NCBI GenBank assembly: GCA_963676795.2
Contig: CAXXTB010000001.1
Location: 1,056,001-1,120,000, forward strand
Reading direction: 5' to 3'
DNA from: Geopsychrobacteraceae bacterium
GTDB taxonomy: Bacteria; Desulfobacterota; Desulfuromonadia; Desulfuromonadales; Geopsychrobacteraceae
DNA: 64,000 nt
The notes below the pieces were generated by a model that was not told where the DNA came from, did no database searches, and was given only the letters and a program-made list of their open reading frames with translations. The position numbers and the translations under genes were made by a program. Below are positions 62,189 to 64,000 of this stretch, one piece after another (positions within the stretch are counted from its first letter, which is position 1; the number at the start of each line of letters is the position of its first letter).

Positions 62189-63232
62189 ATGAGTCGAACA
62201 AAAATTTCTGCAACTCTTTCTCTCTGTCTGCTGTTATTTGTTTTTGCCTCTGCCGTATATGCCGCTCCGGTCAAATTGACTTTCAGCGGTCATCATGGGC
62301 CCAAGGATGTTCACAGTCAGTTGATCGAACAATGGATCAAGGAGGTTGAACAACGGACGAATGGGAAGGTTGATATCGAATTCTTCCCCGGCCAGTCCAA
62401 GATTTCTGCGCCACAGACCTATAATGGTGTCTCTCACGGATTTGTCGATATCGGTTTTTCGGTTATGCAGTACACCCGTGGCCGTTTCCCCCTGATGGAT
62501 TTTATCACCCTCCCACTCGGCTACAGCAATGCGAAGGCCAACACCGCTATTCTTAACGAAGTCTATGAGAAATTCCAGCCGGCTGAATTTGATAATGTTA
62601 AGGTTCTCTACCTTCATGCGCCGGGGCCAGGTTATCTCCATACCAAGGGTGCCCCGATACGGACCCTGAACGATTTCAAAGGCAAGAAAATCAGATCGAG
62701 TGGTACGACTGCCGAGATGATAGAGCTGCTCGGTGGTACCCCCGTTTCACAACCGATGCCGAAACTCTACAATGCTCTTGTCGAAGGTGTTATCCAGGGG
62801 GGGATGTGGGATTATTCGGCGAGTGTCGACTGGAAGCTGGCGGAGGCGATCGACAACGATATCGTCTGTGAGCCTATCGCCTACTCGCTCGGCTTTTTTG
62901 TCATCATGAACAAGGAAAAATGGGAAAGCCTTGACAGCGATGTCCGCAGTGTCATGGAACAACTCGGGCCGACCTGGGCGGCAAAGCATGGCGCAGCCTG
63001 GGACGAGGCCGACGAACGCGGACTGGCCTATACCAGACGTCTGGATAAGAATATCGTCAAAATCGAGGGGGCTGAGGCCGCCAAATGGCAGGAGAAGGTC
63101 AAGCCGGTGATCGATGACTACATCAACAATACCGTCAGCCGCGGCTTGCCCGGTAAAGAGGTTCTTGAATACGTCAATAAACGCCTGGCCGATGCCAGGG
63201 CAGGAAAGTTCAGAAGTAAATTTATGCAATGA
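62189..63232 (+). CDS. dctP: TRAP transporter substrate-binding protein (DctP family)
   Basis: Signal peptide, W.KEVEQRTNGKV, YTRGRFP, DFKGKKIRS, LGGTPV..PM. Confidence 0.9.
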   Translation: MSRTKISATLSLCLLLFVFASAVYAAPVKLTFSGHHGPKDVHSQLIEQWIKEVEQRTNGKVDIEFFPGQSKISAPQTYNGVSHGFVDIGFSVMQYTRGRFPLMDFITLPLGYSNAKANTAILNEVYEKFQPAEFDNVKVLYLHAPGPGYLHTKGAPIRTLNDFKGKKIRSSGTTAEMIELLGGTPVSQPMPKLYNALVEGVIQGGMWDYSASVDWKLAEAIDNDIVCEPIAYSLGFFVIMNKEKWESLDSDVRSVMEQLGPTWAAKHGAAWDEADERGLAYTRRLDKNIVKIEGAEAAKWQEKVKPVIDDYINNTVSRGLPGKEVLEYVNKRLADARAGKFRSKFMQ

Positions 63233-63242
63233 CTCTTGCCGT

Positions 63243-63268
63243 GAATGGCGAGCCCTGGTTCGCCATTC
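63243..63268 (+). terminator. Hairpin after dctP copy 1
   Basis: GAATGGCGA...TCGCCATTC. Confidence 0.5.
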
Positions 63269-63533
63269 ATAATTTAGTTGTTTCAATTTTTAAAAAATTA
63301 AGTTTAAATAAGAATTGTCGCTTGTTGCCTGGCTGTTGTGAAAAACTCAACGGTTTTATTATGTTTGACGAGTAGAGGGGATTGGGGGGGCTCTTATCCG
63401 ACTTAACTCATTCTGCCACGAATGAATTGGGAATGTTGTACAGCTTCCTGTATTGATGAGTTATAAGAACCAACTCCTTTTCAGTTTTCACCCTCAACGC
63501 GTATTGTGGATTTTTCTTCAGGAGAGGTGTTTC

Positions 63534-64000
63534 ATGAGAGGGAATCGAGTATCATTCTGCCAGTTTGCGCTGCTTTTTATCTTTGCCATTTCGGCCCTTG
63601 TGCCTCAGCCTGCTTCTGCTGCCAGCGTGACCTTGAGCTTCAGCAGCCATCATCCCGGCGAGGATGTGCAGAGTAAACTGCTGGCCGAGTGGATGAAAGA
63701 GGTCGAAAAACGAACCGGTGGCAAAGTTCAATTTGAGTTCTTCCCTGCGGAATCCAAGATCAGCGGTCCTCAAACCTACAACGGGGTTGTGCATGGTTTT
63801 GTCGACATCGGTTTTTCGGTTATGCAATACACGCGCGGCCGTTTTCCGCTGCTGGACTTTATCGACCTGCCGCTCGGCTATCCCAGTGGTAAAGTCAATA
63901 CCGCAATCATCAACGAGGTTTTTGATAAATTCAAGCCGGCTGAGTTTGACAAGGTCAAGGTCCTCTACCTGATGGCACCGGGTCCCTTCTATCTACATAC
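63534..64000 (+). CDS. dctP: Second DctP-family TRAP binding protein (partial, runs off window)
   Basis: MRGNRVSF...WMKEVEKRTGGKV...GFVDIGFSVMQYTRGRFP, paralog of 62189-63232; AGGAGAGG RBS. Confidence 0.9.
   Translation, partial: MRGNRVSFCQFALLFIFAISALVPQPASAASVTLSFSSHHPGEDVQSKLLAEWMKEVEKRTGGKVQFEFFPAESKISGPQTYNGVVHGFVDIGFSVMQYTRGRFPLLDFIDLPLGYPSGKVNTAIINEVFDKFKPAEFDKVKVLYLMAPGPFYLH

Overview
Chromosomal window from an anaerobic deltaproteobacterium, most likely Desulfuromonadales. This is inferred from mglBA, futalosine-pathway mqnB/mqnD, the Hya-type hydrogenase and the overall gene style. Left to right: (1) 1-11 kb, an accessory acyl-CoA catabolism/Na+-decarboxylase cluster with two tandem carboxyltransferases (the first visible only as its C-terminal tip), crotonase, 3-hydroxyacyl-CoA dehydrogenase, LysR, an unannotated OadG-like peptide plus OadB-type beta subunit, an atypical thioredoxin reductase, a free biotin carrier and a porin, tied together by a duplicated LysR-type promoter; (2) 11-17 kb, a mosaic of hydrolase, LysR, an AT-rich GGDEF gene, a B12-radical SAM gene and a decayed PAS kinase; (3) 17-29 kb, a complete N-type ATPase operon (atpDCQRBEFAG) followed by trkH-trkA and glgP; (4) two tRNA-Asp units, DUF393, ppgK, a dienelactone hydrolase, a membrane [NiFe] uptake hydrogenase operon, cytochrome c, mmuM, an MFS transporter and acs; (5) an intact IS3-family element, oadGAB, a structured ~400-bp non-coding element and an Fe3+-type ABC transporter; (6) tRNA-Phe, a Phe/Tyr/Trp leader-peptide attenuator before DAHP synthase, a Cys4 protein with an SspB-like tail, serC, PilZ, VanZ, serA, mqnD/mqnB, mglBA, two tRNA-Asn units and two dctP paralogs. 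All calls rest on motif recognition by eye; no searches were run.
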